From an uncultured Chlamydiales bacterium (lineage in GTDB: Bacteria > Chlamydiota > Chlamydiia > Chlamydiales > JAAKFR01): a stretch of DNA of 64,000 nucleotides. Under the pieces are notes generated by a model. It ran no database searches. It was given only the letters and a program-made list of their open reading frames with translations, and was not told the origin of the DNA. Positions 19,802-29,768 of the stretch are shown in pieces; within the stretch, counting starts at the first letter, position 1; each line of letters begins with the position of its first letter. Position numbers and translations under genes: made by a program. The stretch is from NCBI GenBank assembly GCA_963699155.1, contig OY969414.1, forward strand, positions 811,757 through 875,756. Reading direction: 5' to 3'.

Positions 19802-20748
19802 AACTGGATCAATTTTATCAAGAATTTGGAGAGGAGTTAGAGCTACAGCTGATCGCTGGGAAGAAAGGGCTAGAAAATGAGCTCACACTTGCTGAAGCTG
19901 AGATTCCTGGCCTGAGCCTAGCCGGTTATCGAAAAGCTTTGACCCAGCAGCGGGTGCTCGTCTTTGGGCCTCCTGAACTTGCCTACTTAAAAGAGTTTCC
20001 ACCCAGAGAATTGGAAAAACGGCTCCAGCTACTTTTAAAGAGGAAAGTCCCTGCTCTCTGCGTGGCTGAAGGACTATTGCCACCCAAACAGGTCACAGAG
20101 ATCTGTGAAAAACGGGGAATTCCACTCTTTCAATCCCAACTCTCTTCACTCTCTCTCCTCGGAAAACTCCTCTCCCTTTTGGCCGACATCTTTGCGCCGA
20201 CAGTCTGTTGTCATGGCTCTTTTGTCGAGGTATTTGGCATGGGCCTCTTGATTCAAGGGGATTCGGCTGTTGGAAAGAGTGAAGCCGCCTTGGGGTTGAT
20301 CGAACGGGGTCATCGCCTGATTTCCGATGATATCGTCAGGGTTCGCAAGCTCGATGATCAATCCCTAGAGGGAGGCGGCTCAGATCTGACACGTCATCAT
20401 TTAGAGGTGAGGGGAGTGGGAATCATCAATGTGGCGAGCCACTATGGAGCCGCCTCCATCACAGAAAAGAAAAGTCTTGATATTGTGGTGAAGTTGGAAG
20501 TGTGGGATGATAGTCATTTTTATGATCGTGCAGGTTTAGAGGAGAAAACAGTGACCATTTTAGCCACCGAGGTCCCCTATCACATTCTTCCTGTAAAGCC
20601 GGGGCGTGATGTGGTTCTCCTTGTAGAAACAATCGCTCTCAATCACCGGCTGAAAACGGCAGGTTTTCATGCTGCGCGTGAGCTCGATCAACATCTTCTC
20701 GCGCGAATAGAACATAAACACAGACAGTCATGGATCAAGAACACCTAG
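19798..20748 (+). CDS. hprK: HPr kinase/phosphorylase
   Basis: GDSAVGKSEAAL, GHRLISDD, HLEVRGVGII, PVKPGR. Confidence 0.93.
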   Translation: MKLDQFYQEFGEELELQLIAGKKGLENELTLAEAEIPGLSLAGYRKALTQQRVLVFGPPELAYLKEFPPRELEKRLQLLLKRKVPALCVAEGLLPPKQVTEICEKRGIPLFQSQLSSLSLLGKLLSLLADIFAPTVCCHGSFVEVFGMGLLIQGDSAVGKSEAALGLIERGHRLISDDIVRVRKLDDQSLEGGGSDLTRHHLEVRGVGIINVASHYGAASITEKKSLDIVVKLEVWDDSHFYDRAGLEEKTVTILATEVPYHILPVKPGRDVVLLVETIALNHRLKTAGFHAARELDQHLLARIEHKHRQSWIKNT

Positions 20749-21020
20749 TTTGTGAAATCCGAGTCAGAAATGAGCTGGGCCTCCACACGCGCCCTGCCAC
20801 AATGATTGTCAAAGCGCTGCAAGATTCCAAAAGTGAAGTTTTTTTTACCTATAAAGATGAAAAGATCAATGCAAAGAGTATCTTAAGCATCCTCATGTTG
20901 GCAGCCCAAAAAAATGCTCTTATCACGATCGATGTGATTGGGGAGGATGCTCGGGCAACGATGGATCGTTTAATCGCCTGTTTTGAAAATGGATTTGGTG
21001 AGGGAGTGAAAAGTGCATAA
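20730..21020 (+). CDS. ptsH: Phosphocarrier protein HPr
   Basis: GLHTRPA, NAKSIL. Confidence 0.95.
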   Translation: MDQEHLVCEIRVRNELGLHTRPATMIVKALQDSKSEVFFTYKDEKINAKSILSILMLAAQKNALITIDVIGEDARATMDRLIACFENGFGEGVKSA

Positions 21021-22776
21021 AGATGAAAATTGGGGAGAGCTCTGTCTACAAGGTTACCCGATCTGCCCAGGTGTTGCTATCGGGAGACCCTTTTTCTTTA
21101 CCGTAGCTGAGGAGAATATCCCTGAATTCTCTGTTCCTCATGACCAGATCGACAACGAGGTTGATCGCTATTATTCCGCTTTAACTAGCTCGAGGAAAGA
21201 TCTCGTCACCTTGCAAAAAAGACTCCAAAATGAGGGTGTGAGCGAGGCGGCGGCGATCTTGGGAGCTCACCTTGAGATCATGCGCGACCCTCTGATGACG
21301 GTAGAAATGGAAGAGGCGATCCGACATCGCGGTAAGAATACCGAATATGTCTTCAAAAGTGTCTTGGGGGAATATGAGAAGAAATTTAATAAGATCCCCG
21401 ATGAGTTTTTTCGCGAGCGCTTAAAAGATTTCCACGACATTTCGAGACGCATCATCGGCCATCTCCGGAAGCATGAGCGGCGCACCCTTGCTCAGCTCAC
21501 CCTGAAGTCAATCGTCTTCGCCCATGAACTCTCCCCCTCAGATACTGCAGAGGCGAATAGCAATGTCATCGAAGCTTTTGTGACCAGAAGCGGCTCGGAA
21601 ACCTCCCATGTCGCCATCATGGCACGTGCCAAAGGGATCCCCTTTGTCTCCAATGTCGATTTCCCCGACCTCACCGTTTCTGTGCCTCCACGTGTTGTTG
21701 TGGATGGGGGTTCAGGAGAGGTGATTATCAATCCCTCAAAGGAGACCATCCGCTACTACAGAGAAGAGCGGAAAAAGTTGAAAATTCGAGTCAAAGGGCT
21801 GCAAAAGCGAGGCGCGCTAGAAACAGAAACTTATGATGGCTACAAGACACGCCTCTCTGCCAATATTGAAACCTTCAATGAACTGGACACTCTCCAAGAA
21901 TATGGCGGAGATGGGGTAGGGCTCTTCCGTTCCGAATATCTCTTTATCGCGCGCGACTCCTTTCCTTCAGAAGATGAACAGTTCCTCGTCTATCGTAGCA
22001 TCGTCGAAAAGATTGAGAGTGATACCTCTGTTATCCGTACCTTTGACATCGGCGGTGACAAGTTTGGCAACTTTCACATCAACCGGTATGAAAAAAATCC
22101 CTACTTAGGCTGCAGGGCTATCCGACTGATGTTGAAGGAGAGGCCGATTTTCCTCACCCAAATCCGCGCCATTTTGCGCGCCAGCGCTTTCGGCGAGTTG
22201 AGCATTCTCTTTCCCATGATTTCAAGCGTCTCTGAGCTTAGGGAGGCAAAAGCGATCATCGAAGAGGCGAAGGAAGAGCTCCTCAAAAAGGGAATCCCTT
22301 TTGCTCGAAAGATTCCTATCGGCTGCATGATCGAGGTCCCTTCAGCTGCTATCACGGCTGACATCATCGTGCAGGAGTGTGACTTCCTCTCCATCGGTAC
22401 AAATGATCTAGTGCAGTATGCGCTCGCCGTCGACAGAGGCAATCCGGCGATGAGCTATCTCTACACCCCTGCAGATCCGAGCATTCTCAGAATGATCAAA
22501 ATGGTCGTCGATGTGGCAGCTATTGCGGAAAAACCGGTCACCGTGTGCGGAGAGATCGCCGCTGATCCACGTTTCACCCCTCTCCTATTAGGATTGGGAG
22601 TCCACGAACTCTCAGTGGCCACCCCAGCCCTGCCCATTATTAAGAATGTGATCCGCCACCTCTCGATTGTGGAGGCCCAAGCATTGGCCCACCAAGCCCT
22701 CACCTGTACCACCGCTGATGAGGTCGAAGAGCTACTCGACCACGCCTATCAAAAAATTCAAAGAATCTTTGACTGA
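21013..22776 (+). CDS. ptsI: PTS enzyme I
   Basis: TSHVAIMAR, GVGLFRSE, GTNDLVQY, CGE. Confidence 0.96.
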   Translation: MHKDENWGELCLQGYPICPGVAIGRPFFFTVAEENIPEFSVPHDQIDNEVDRYYSALTSSRKDLVTLQKRLQNEGVSEAAAILGAHLEIMRDPLMTVEMEEAIRHRGKNTEYVFKSVLGEYEKKFNKIPDEFFRERLKDFHDISRRIIGHLRKHERRTLAQLTLKSIVFAHELSPSDTAEANSNVIEAFVTRSGSETSHVAIMARAKGIPFVSNVDFPDLTVSVPPRVVVDGGSGEVIINPSKETIRYYREERKKLKIRVKGLQKRGALETETYDGYKTRLSANIETFNELDTLQEYGGDGVGLFRSEYLFIARDSFPSEDEQFLVYRSIVEKIESDTSVIRTFDIGGDKFGNFHINRYEKNPYLGCRAIRLMLKERPIFLTQIRAILRASAFGELSILFPMISSVSELREAKAIIEEAKEELLKKGIPFARKIPIGCMIEVPSAAITADIIVQECDFLSIGTNDLVQYALAVDRGNPAMSYLYTPADPSILRMIKMVVDVAAIAEKPVTVCGEIAADPRFTPLLLGLGVHELSVATPALPIIKNVIRHLSIVEAQALAHQALTCTTADEVEELLDHAYQKIQRIFD

Positions 22777-22830
22777 AAAGATTTTCTTCTTTACACTATC
22801 TTTGAAAACTAAATCTCAAAGGAGAAGTCT

Positions 22831-23076
22831 ATGATTATAACAAGAATTGCTGAGAATTGCTGTGAAAATACTGCATGTGCTCGAAATACAGGAAGGGCGC
22901 TAGATTGGGCCATTGCGCTCACTTTACTGGTCGTCGGTATCTTGGCAGCCGTTAACGTGATCCACCTTCCCGTTCCTGTCACCTACGCCTTTATCGGTGC
23001 CGGAGTGGTTTATACGGTGGGGATGATTATCCATGAGACACTTCTTTTGAGCTGCGGTAAAAGAGGAAGGATATAG
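22831..23076 (+). CDS. Small Inc-like two-TM protein
   Basis: AAGGAG SD, bilobed hydrophobic segment. Confidence 0.6.
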   Translation: MIITRIAENCCENTACARNTGRALDWAIALTLLVVGILAAVNVIHLPVPVTYAFIGAGVVYTVGMIIHETLLLSCGKRGRI

Positions 23077-23183
23077 CTAGAGGACTTTCTCGGGCTCTAT
23101 AACATTTCTTTACATAAAAAATCGCCATTCTGCTAGCATTTCGCGTTGAATGGCTTATTAGATAAACTTTTAAGGAGGTAATC

Positions 23184-23537
23184 ATGGCTATTTCAGGATT
23201 AGCGGGCATTGTCCGTTCAGGAGTTTCACTCTGCTCTACTCCAGAGCCAGAGCAAATAAAACAAGACTCTCGCCCACTTGCAGATAAGAAAGTCTGCACT
23301 GCAGATAGAGCACTTTCTATTGTTGATACACTGTTGGGCGTTGCTGCTATCGTAGTCGGCATCTTGATGCTGATGAAAATTTGCCCACTTATTCCAGGTG
23401 TGGGAGTCGCTTTTGCCTACGGAGCTATCGGCTTCGGAGTAGCTAACTTGATCGCATCTCTCCGAGGAGGCTATACAGCCACCCGAGATGCTCTTGCAGA
23501 CTGCTGCGCAGATGACGGCAAACCAAAAAAAGCATAA
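23184..23537 (+). CDS. Small Inc-like two-TM protein
   Basis: AAGGAGG SD, bilobed hydrophobic segment resembling the upstream gene. Confidence 0.65.
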   Translation: MAISGLAGIVRSGVSLCSTPEPEQIKQDSRPLADKKVCTADRALSIVDTLLGVAAIVVGILMLMKICPLIPGVGVAFAYGAIGFGVANLIASLRGGYTATRDALADCCADDGKPKKA

Positions 23538-23562
23538 CACTACCAGAACTGGAGTGAAACTT

Positions 23563-23596
23563 AAAAAACCTCTTTGGCAACAAAGAGGTTTTTTTT
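23563..23596. terminator. Bidirectional intrinsic terminator
   Basis: AAAAAACCTCTTTG-GCAA-CAAAGAGGTTTTTTTT between convergent genes. Confidence 0.85.
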
Positions 23597-23605
23597 ATTC
23601 CCTTT

Positions 23606-23675
23606 CTCTGTGGACTCTGTGAGCTCTGTGCTGTTTTTTTTAATTTACCACAGAGAGCACAGAGCACACAGAGAG
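23606..23675. repeat. Inverted triplet repeat (CTCTGTG x3 / CACAGAG x3)
   Basis: 9-bp periodic arms around an AT-rich spacer. Confidence 0.7.
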
Positions 23676-23691
23676 GAGGGTGCCTATTTTT

Positions 23692-24000
23692 TTAGAAGCC
23701 AAAACCAGGGGGCATGCCGGGGAAGCTCATGTCGGACATCGAGCTCTTCTCGAGCTTTTTGACGGCTTCGTTGTAGGCGACGCGGATGAGATCTTCAAGG
23801 CCTTCGACATCCTCAGGATCAACACATTCGGGTTTGATTTTGAGCTCGATCATCTCATATTCGCCATTCAAGGTGAGCGTGACAAGGCCACCGCCGGAGG
23901 AGCCGGTTGCTTTCTCATCTTTAAGCTTCTCCTGCATCTCCTTAAATTTTTCCTGCATCGCTTTGGCTTCTTTCTTCTTCTTAGCGAAACCGCTACCCAT
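23692..24000 (-). CDS. YbaB/EbfC nucleoid-associated protein
   Basis: GSSGGGLV, DPEDVEGLEDLI; follows dnaX. Confidence 0.93.
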   Translation of the reverse strand: MGSGFAKKKKEAKAMQEKFKEMQEKLKDEKATGSSGGGLVTLTLNGEYEMIELKIKPECVDPEDVEGLEDLIRVAYNEAVKKLEKSSMSDMSFPGMPPGFGF

Positions 24001-24014
24001 GGGTCGTCTCCTAA

Positions 24015-25367
24015 CTATGATTTTTTGATAGATCCATTCAGCTCTTTTGCCGCAAAACGCATGACGGTGTCAAATCGGCTCTGCTCCTGGATGGAAGGGG
24101 GGGCTGAAGTTGCTTTTGCGGGTGGTACTGCTGCCGTGGTTGTCGGTGGTGGTGGTACTGCTGCTGGAATTGGCTTGGGGAGCTCTTTTTTTGGGGGCGC
24201 AGCGGGAAGATCTTCGAGGCGGGGCATAGGATCTTCGCTGGTTGCCAATTTCTGCTCGAGCTCGATGAGGCGTTTGATGAGGAGGTCGACAGGGAGCTGC
24301 TGGTGTGTGCGTAAGATACGGAGGAAGAGCATTTCGAGAGCCGTTCTTTCGGAGGGGGCGGTTTTGAGCGCCTGCTGTCCTTCGGTGAGGAGCTCTAAAA
24401 TCTGGATGAGCTGCTCAATCCGGTAGGGGGAGGATAGTTGATAGCGTTTGTCGGAGAGGGGAGCGCCACATTTGGAGAGAAGATGGCTTCTGAAGTGGTT
24501 GACGAGCTCTTCGATAAAGTGGGAAAGGTTGTAACCCGATTCGTAAACCTCTGCTGCGATTTTGAAAAGAGAAGCTCCATCCTGTTTGTAGCCCGCTTCA
24601 TCGAGTGCGAAGCAGATCTCTTTGGGGGGAATTCCTAAAGTAGCGGTCACCGCTTGGACGGAGAGCGTTCCTGCTTCACAGGCAATCATCTGATCGAGGA
24701 CCGAGAGGGCATCCCGGAGACTTCCCTCCGCGCGCTGGGCGATAAGGGAGAGCGCAGCCGGATCGGCAGCGATCCCGCTCTCTTGGAGAATTTTTGCCAA
24801 CTGCTGCTCCATCTTTTCGATAGGGATGCGGCGGAGGTTGAAGCGCTGACAGCGGCTCAAGATGGTGGAGGGAATCCGATGTGGTTCTGTCGTGCAGAAG
24901 AAAAATTTGACATGGGGAGGAGGCTCTTCGAGGGTCTTCAGAAGGGCGTTGAAGGCCTCTTTGGTCAACATATGCACTTCGTCGATCAAGTAAATTTTAT
25001 AGCGTCCGCCAGTAGGAGTAAAAGCGATCGTTTCATTGATTTGCCGGATATCTTCGATGCCACGGTGGGAAGCTCCGTCGATTTCGAGCACGTCAATGGC
25101 ATGTCCGGCAGCGATTTCGCGGCAAGAAGCGCAGCTATTGCAGGGCTCGATCTCGTCCGTTAAGGCGATACAGTTGAGCGTTTTTGCAAAGAGACGGGCC
25201 AGTGTCGTTTTGCCCGTTCCGCGACAGCCACAAAAGAGATAAGCATGGGCTGTCCTGCCCATCTGGATCGCATTCTTAAGGGTTGTAACGATCGGTCCCT
25301 GACCGACTACTTCAGCAAATTTTTGAGGACGGTATTTGCGAGCAAGAACTTGATATTCATTTATCAT
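24015..25367 (-). CDS. dnaX: DNA polymerase III gamma/tau
   Basis: LARKYRP, GCRGTGKTT, DEVHML, SRCQ. Confidence 0.95.
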   Translation of the reverse strand: MINEYQVLARKYRPQKFAEVVGQGPIVTTLKNAIQMGRTAHAYLFCGCRGTGKTTLARLFAKTLNCIALTDEIEPCNSCASCREIAAGHAIDVLEIDGASHRGIEDIRQINETIAFTPTGGRYKIYLIDEVHMLTKEAFNALLKTLEEPPPHVKFFFCTTEPHRIPSTILSRCQRFNLRRIPIEKMEQQLAKILQESGIAADPAALSLIAQRAEGSLRDALSVLDQMIACEAGTLSVQAVTATLGIPPKEICFALDEAGYKQDGASLFKIAAEVYESGYNLSHFIEELVNHFRSHLLSKCGAPLSDKRYQLSSPYRIEQLIQILELLTEGQQALKTAPSERTALEMLFLRILRTHQQLPVDLLIKRLIELEQKLATSEDPMPRLEDLPAAPPKKELPKPIPAAVPPPPTTTAAVPPAKATSAPPSIQEQSRFDTVMRFAAKELNGSIKKS

Positions 25368-25447
25368 GCAAAATAAATTATGGGCTTGGGTACCCATTTT
25401 CCTCAATTGCTAAAAAGAGAAGTTGGTCTTATCCTTATAGATAATTT

Positions 25448-27637
25448 ATGGATGATTTTTCCTCAGAAAATGGGGAGAGGCTCGCCGAAGAAGATATCGG
25501 CGAGCTCCGTTTTTCCCGAGCCCAAAGTTATTTTGACAAGAGTATCACCATTCGGCTGATCATCGGTGCTCTTTTTGCCCTCTTTCTCTTTTTGTTTTTT
25601 CATTTCCGAGAAACCTACATAGAAAAATTAGAATTGGGAACAGCGGCTCAAAAGTATGTGGTGGCCCAGATCGACTTTGCATTTCCCGATGATGAGGCGA
25701 CCATCATCCTCAAGCAAGAGGCGGCTCATGAGATTGGGGCGATCTGGCGGATCAAAGAGGAGCAGGTCAATCAACGGGTCACCGAATTCCAAAAATATAT
25801 CACCCAAAATGAGCGTGGGAGTCAAAAATGGGAGGCGATCAGCAAGGAGAACAACTTCGCAGACATCGCTTTGGCCTTGAGCCATTTTACCGATGGGCTA
25901 ACTTTGAGCCGATTTACTGACATCCGCTCGATTCAGCGCATCGATAATCTGCCTGCGGATGAGCTCCCTATTCCTGCCCACTATTTTTATCCTTTTCTGC
26001 CCGCTAAGGGGGCTGTCCGCCTGCCTATTCAATTCTGGTCGGGCTTTGGCAAGACTCTCTTTTCGGATGAAAGGGTGCCCCATTCGATTGCCCAATTTAT
26101 TCTCCAATATTTTGAGCCCTTCCTCTGGGAATTTGAGATGGATCAAGGGGTGGAATATACCTTGCGCAAGCTCGCACAGGGCAAAATCCCTGAAAAGTTT
26201 ACTCGCATCCGTGCTGGGGAGAGGTTGATCGATCAGGGGGAGAAGGTGACACCGCGTCACTTGGCGATGCTTCAGGCGATGAAGGAGAAGCTCAATCAGA
26301 AGCGCAACCTCTTCGATCCACTCACGGTGCTCGGCGCCCTCCTGATGACCTTGATCTTTGTTGGTGTCGCTGCCATCTATATCCGTGAGAATCATAAAGA
26401 TATTTTCTATTCGAACCGAAAATTGGCTTTACTAGCAACGATCCTTGCATTCGCCTTTTTGGTGGCGAAAGTGGTCGAGCTATTTTTGCTGAAAAACACG
26501 AGTGATATCCTCGACATTGTCCGCTATCCACTTTTTGTCCCCTTCGCTGCCATTTTGATTGCGAGCTTGATGAATGCCCGCATCGCTGCTTTTTCGGCTA
26601 TTTTCCTCTCTGTGATCTATGCGATGGCGCTCGCTGTCGACAGCATTCCCTTCCTCGTCATCAACATCCTCACAGCGATGGTCGCAATCATGACAGGGCG
26701 GGCCATCCGCCGCCGCAAAGATGTCTTCATCGTCTGTGGAAAGGCGTGGCTTGCCAGCATTATTGTGATGATCGCCTTCGACCTCTATAAAGAGACGACC
26801 TTTACCCAGGCCTTCCTCAATGATTTGACAAGCACTTTTCTCTTCATGGCCGGTACAGCGATCCTCGTTGTCGGCCTCTTGCCAATGTTAGAATCGACCT
26901 TCCAAATCATGACCGACATCACGCTGATGGAATTCATGGATCCTAGCAATGAGCTGCTCCGCCGCCTCACTATCGAAGCTCCAGGAACCTACCAGCACTC
27001 ACTCGTTGTCGGCCATCTCTCAGAGTCTGCGGCCTCTGCCATTGGTGCCAATGGCCTTTTCTGCCGTGTGGCGACCCAATATCATGACATTGGTAAGCTG
27101 ATCAATCCGCAATACTTTACGGAAAACCAGCTCGGTGGGGTCGATATGCACCAACTGCTCACCCCTCTCGAATCGACCCAAGTCATCATCGCTCACATCA
27201 GTGAGGGAGTCGCTTTAGCCCGCCGGGTGGGACTGCCCGAACAGTTTATCGACATCATCAAGGAGCACCATGGGACGACCCTTGTCTACTACTTCTTCCA
27301 TAAACAGATCGAGCTGATGAGTGGGGACAAATCGAAGATCGACTTTAAAGATTTTCGCTATTCGGGACCCAAGCCGCGCACGAAAGAGTCGACGATTATC
27401 ATGATCTCAGATACCCTAGAGGCCGCTTCCCGCTGTCTCGATGTCTTCAACGAACGGACGGTCAACGATCTTGTCGATAAGCTGATTGCTCATAAAATGG
27501 AAGATGGACAGTTTGACGAATCGCTTCTCACTTTTGAAGAGCTAGGGATTGTCAAACAGACCCTTGTCAAGACCCTCATCGCAGCCAGCCATCCACGCAT
27601 CAAATATCCTCCTCACCACCCTGGCGAGGAAGGATGA
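25448..27637 (+). CDS. 7TM-HD phosphohydrolase (PgpH-like)
   Basis: Extracytoplasmic domain, 7 TM, APGTYQHS, YHDIGK, EHHGT. Confidence 0.88.
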   Translation: MDDFSSENGERLAEEDIGELRFSRAQSYFDKSITIRLIIGALFALFLFLFFHFRETYIEKLELGTAAQKYVVAQIDFAFPDDEATIILKQEAAHEIGAIWRIKEEQVNQRVTEFQKYITQNERGSQKWEAISKENNFADIALALSHFTDGLTLSRFTDIRSIQRIDNLPADELPIPAHYFYPFLPAKGAVRLPIQFWSGFGKTLFSDERVPHSIAQFILQYFEPFLWEFEMDQGVEYTLRKLAQGKIPEKFTRIRAGERLIDQGEKVTPRHLAMLQAMKEKLNQKRNLFDPLTVLGALLMTLIFVGVAAIYIRENHKDIFYSNRKLALLATILAFAFLVAKVVELFLLKNTSDILDIVRYPLFVPFAAILIASLMNARIAAFSAIFLSVIYAMALAVDSIPFLVINILTAMVAIMTGRAIRRRKDVFIVCGKAWLASIIVMIAFDLYKETTFTQAFLNDLTSTFLFMAGTAILVVGLLPMLESTFQIMTDITLMEFMDPSNELLRRLTIEAPGTYQHSLVVGHLSESAASAIGANGLFCRVATQYHDIGKLINPQYFTENQLGGVDMHQLLTPLESTQVIIAHISEGVALARRVGLPEQFIDIIKEHHGTTLVYYFFHKQIELMSGDKSKIDFKDFRYSGPKPRTKESTIIMISDTLEAASRCLDVFNERTVNDLVDKLIAHKMEDGQFDESLLTFEELGIVKQTLVKTLIAASHPRIKYPPHHPGEEG

Positions 27638-28368
27638 AATCAGCCCTAATCACAGGCGCAACCTCCGGCATCGGCGAAGCCCTAGCCCATCTCTTAGCAT
27701 CGAAAGGCTATCGTCTCTACTTGACAGGGCGGAATGCCCAAAAACTCCCTCCAGATGGGCTTGTGGCCGATTTGACTGAGAGAAAGCAGCGCCAAAAAAT
27801 TATCGAATTGATCCATCAGAAGCAGCCTGATTTGGTGATCAACAATGCTGGCTTTGGCATCTATGGGGAGGCCATTTCTATCCCTGTGGAGGAGCAGCTG
27901 AAGATTCTCGAGGTGAATGCAGCTGCTCTTCTGGAATTGACCTTAGAAGCTGTTCGCACCTGGTCTGCCGCAGGAAAAGGAGGCATCGTGATGAATGTCT
28001 CCTCAGCAGCTGGAGAAATTCCTACACCGGGAATGACGGTTTATGGCGCTTCAAAAGCCTTCGTGACACATTTTTCGCAATCACTAAACACAGAGTTGAA
28101 GGAGAAAAAGATTTTTGTTTTGGTCTGCTGTCCAGGGATGGTCGCTACCGATTTTGCCAACCGCGCTGCAGGAAAAAGCGTCACGCAGCAAGGGCCTCTC
28201 ATGCGCGCCGACTATGCCGCAGAGCAAATCTGGAAGCAGATCGAACAAAAACAGGAAAAGCGTCTGATCGATTGGAAAGTGCAGCTCAGTACTTGGATCG
28301 CTCTCCATCTCCTCCCACTTACATGGATTAAAAAAGTTATATGGAACCGGATCAAAGAGAGAGTCTAA
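27634..28368 (+). CDS. Short-chain dehydrogenase/reductase
   Basis: TGATSGIG, NNAG, YGASK. Confidence 0.92.
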   Translation: MKSALITGATSGIGEALAHLLASKGYRLYLTGRNAQKLPPDGLVADLTERKQRQKIIELIHQKQPDLVINNAGFGIYGEAISIPVEEQLKILEVNAAALLELTLEAVRTWSAAGKGGIVMNVSSAAGEIPTPGMTVYGASKAFVTHFSQSLNTELKEKKIFVLVCCPGMVATDFANRAAGKSVTQQGPLMRADYAAEQIWKQIEQKQEKRLIDWKVQLSTWIALHLLPLTWIKKVIWNRIKERV

Positions 28369-29534
28369 GTTTTGAATCTTTTCAATTAGATCCCTTAGTA
28401 CTCGATGCTATTCGAGAAATGGGATACACCACGCCGACACCTATCCAGAATCGGGCAATTCCGCTCATTCTCGAAGGGAGAGATCTCATCGCCCTTGCTG
28501 AAACGGGATCTGGAAAAACTGCTGCCTGTAGCATCCCCTTATGCCATAAGGTGAGAGCGAGTGAGAACCCAATTCAGGTGCTCATCGTCGTACCTACAAG
28601 GGAGCTGGCGCTCCAGTATGCGACAGAGACACAAAAGATCGGTCGCGTCAAAAAGGTGCGTGCTTTTGCCCTATTCGGTGGCGAAGATATGACGATGCAG
28701 CGGGCGAAGCTGAGGGATGGTGTTCACATTCTTATCGCAACTCCTGGCCGGTTGATCGACTTCATCTATGCAAGGGCGATCGATTTGACCCATGTGGAAA
28801 CGCTCGTTCTCGATGAGGCCGACCAGATGCTCGGTATGGGATTTTATGAAGATCTCGAATTCATCATCCAGTGCTTGATCCACGACCACCAGACACTTCT
28901 CTTTTCAGCCACGATGCCGAAGCAGATCAGTGAAATCGCCAAGCACCATATGCGCCAGCCCTTCGAACTCTCATTGATCGGAGAGACACCTACCCCCGAA
29001 AATCTCTCCCACCAATTTCTCTTCTGTCCTCATCCGAAACAGCGTCCGGAAGAGCTGCTCCACCTGCTCCAAACGATCGATCCCAAACAGTGCATCATCT
29101 TTGCCAACTCCCGCCGCGAAGTGGAAGAGCTCCACCGCACACTCCGCTCCCGCCTCAACGGCGTCGATTTCCTCCATGGTGGCCTCGAGCAGAACATCCG
29201 CACCATCATCACCAACAAATTCAAACGGGGCACCATCCGCTACCTCGTCGCCACCGACATCGCAGCCCGCGGCCTCGACTTCTCCAATGTCACCCACGTC
29301 TTTAACTACCACTTTCCCTTCGAACAGGATACCTATCTCCACCGCGCCGGCCGCACAGGCCGTTCCGGCAGATCAGGCACCTGCATCACCCTCGTCACCC
29401 ATCGCGACCTGGGCGCCATCCGCCAACTTCTGAAGGTCCTCCCCAAAGAGCCACAATGGCTCCGTGAACCCCCTCCACCCGGCTCTCCACCCCCTCATCG
29501 ACCACCGCCGCATCGCCGCCCCCCTCGCCGCTGA
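28341..29534 (+). CDS. DEAD-box RNA helicase
   Basis: PTPIQ, TGSGKT, PTRELA, DEAD, SAT, HRAGRTGR. Confidence 0.95.
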   Translation: MEPDQRESLSFESFQLDPLVLDAIREMGYTTPTPIQNRAIPLILEGRDLIALAETGSGKTAACSIPLCHKVRASENPIQVLIVVPTRELALQYATETQKIGRVKKVRAFALFGGEDMTMQRAKLRDGVHILIATPGRLIDFIYARAIDLTHVETLVLDEADQMLGMGFYEDLEFIIQCLIHDHQTLLFSATMPKQISEIAKHHMRQPFELSLIGETPTPENLSHQFLFCPHPKQRPEELLHLLQTIDPKQCIIFANSRREVEELHRTLRSRLNGVDFLHGGLEQNIRTIITNKFKRGTIRYLVATDIAARGLDFSNVTHVFNYHFPFEQDTYLHRAGRTGRSGRSGTCITLVTHRDLGAIRQLLKVLPKEPQWLREPPPPGSPPPHRPPPHRRPPRR

Positions 29535-29591
29535 CTCTTCCCCAGCCCGAAACACCTTGAAATGAGATGGGGGATTTGTTAAACAGCGACT

Positions 29592-29760
29592 CTAGTGCCC
29601 AACCACAAAAGTTTTTGCCATTTTGGCTGCGTCAAAGCCCCGGGGCGCAACGATCGCAAATGGGTCCATATTGGATTAATATTGACCCATTTGCGATCGT
29701 TGCTCCGCGGGAGCTTTCACGCTCGCCTAAATGGCAAAAACTTTCGTGGTCGGGCACAAG
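29592..29760. repeat. ~169-bp palindromic MITE/RPE-like element (second family)
   Basis: GTGCCCAACCACAAAAGTTTTTGCCATTT..AAATGGCAAAAACTTTCGTGGTCGGGCAC; perfect inner 20-bp stem GCAACGATCGCAAATGGGTC. Confidence 0.88.
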
Positions 29761-29768
29761 GTCAAAGC

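Noticed and set aside
24186..24192. Programmed frameshift in dnaX at an A7 run
   Set aside because: Not the A-AAA-AAG motif, short for transcriptional slippage, and no immediate stop in the -1 frame
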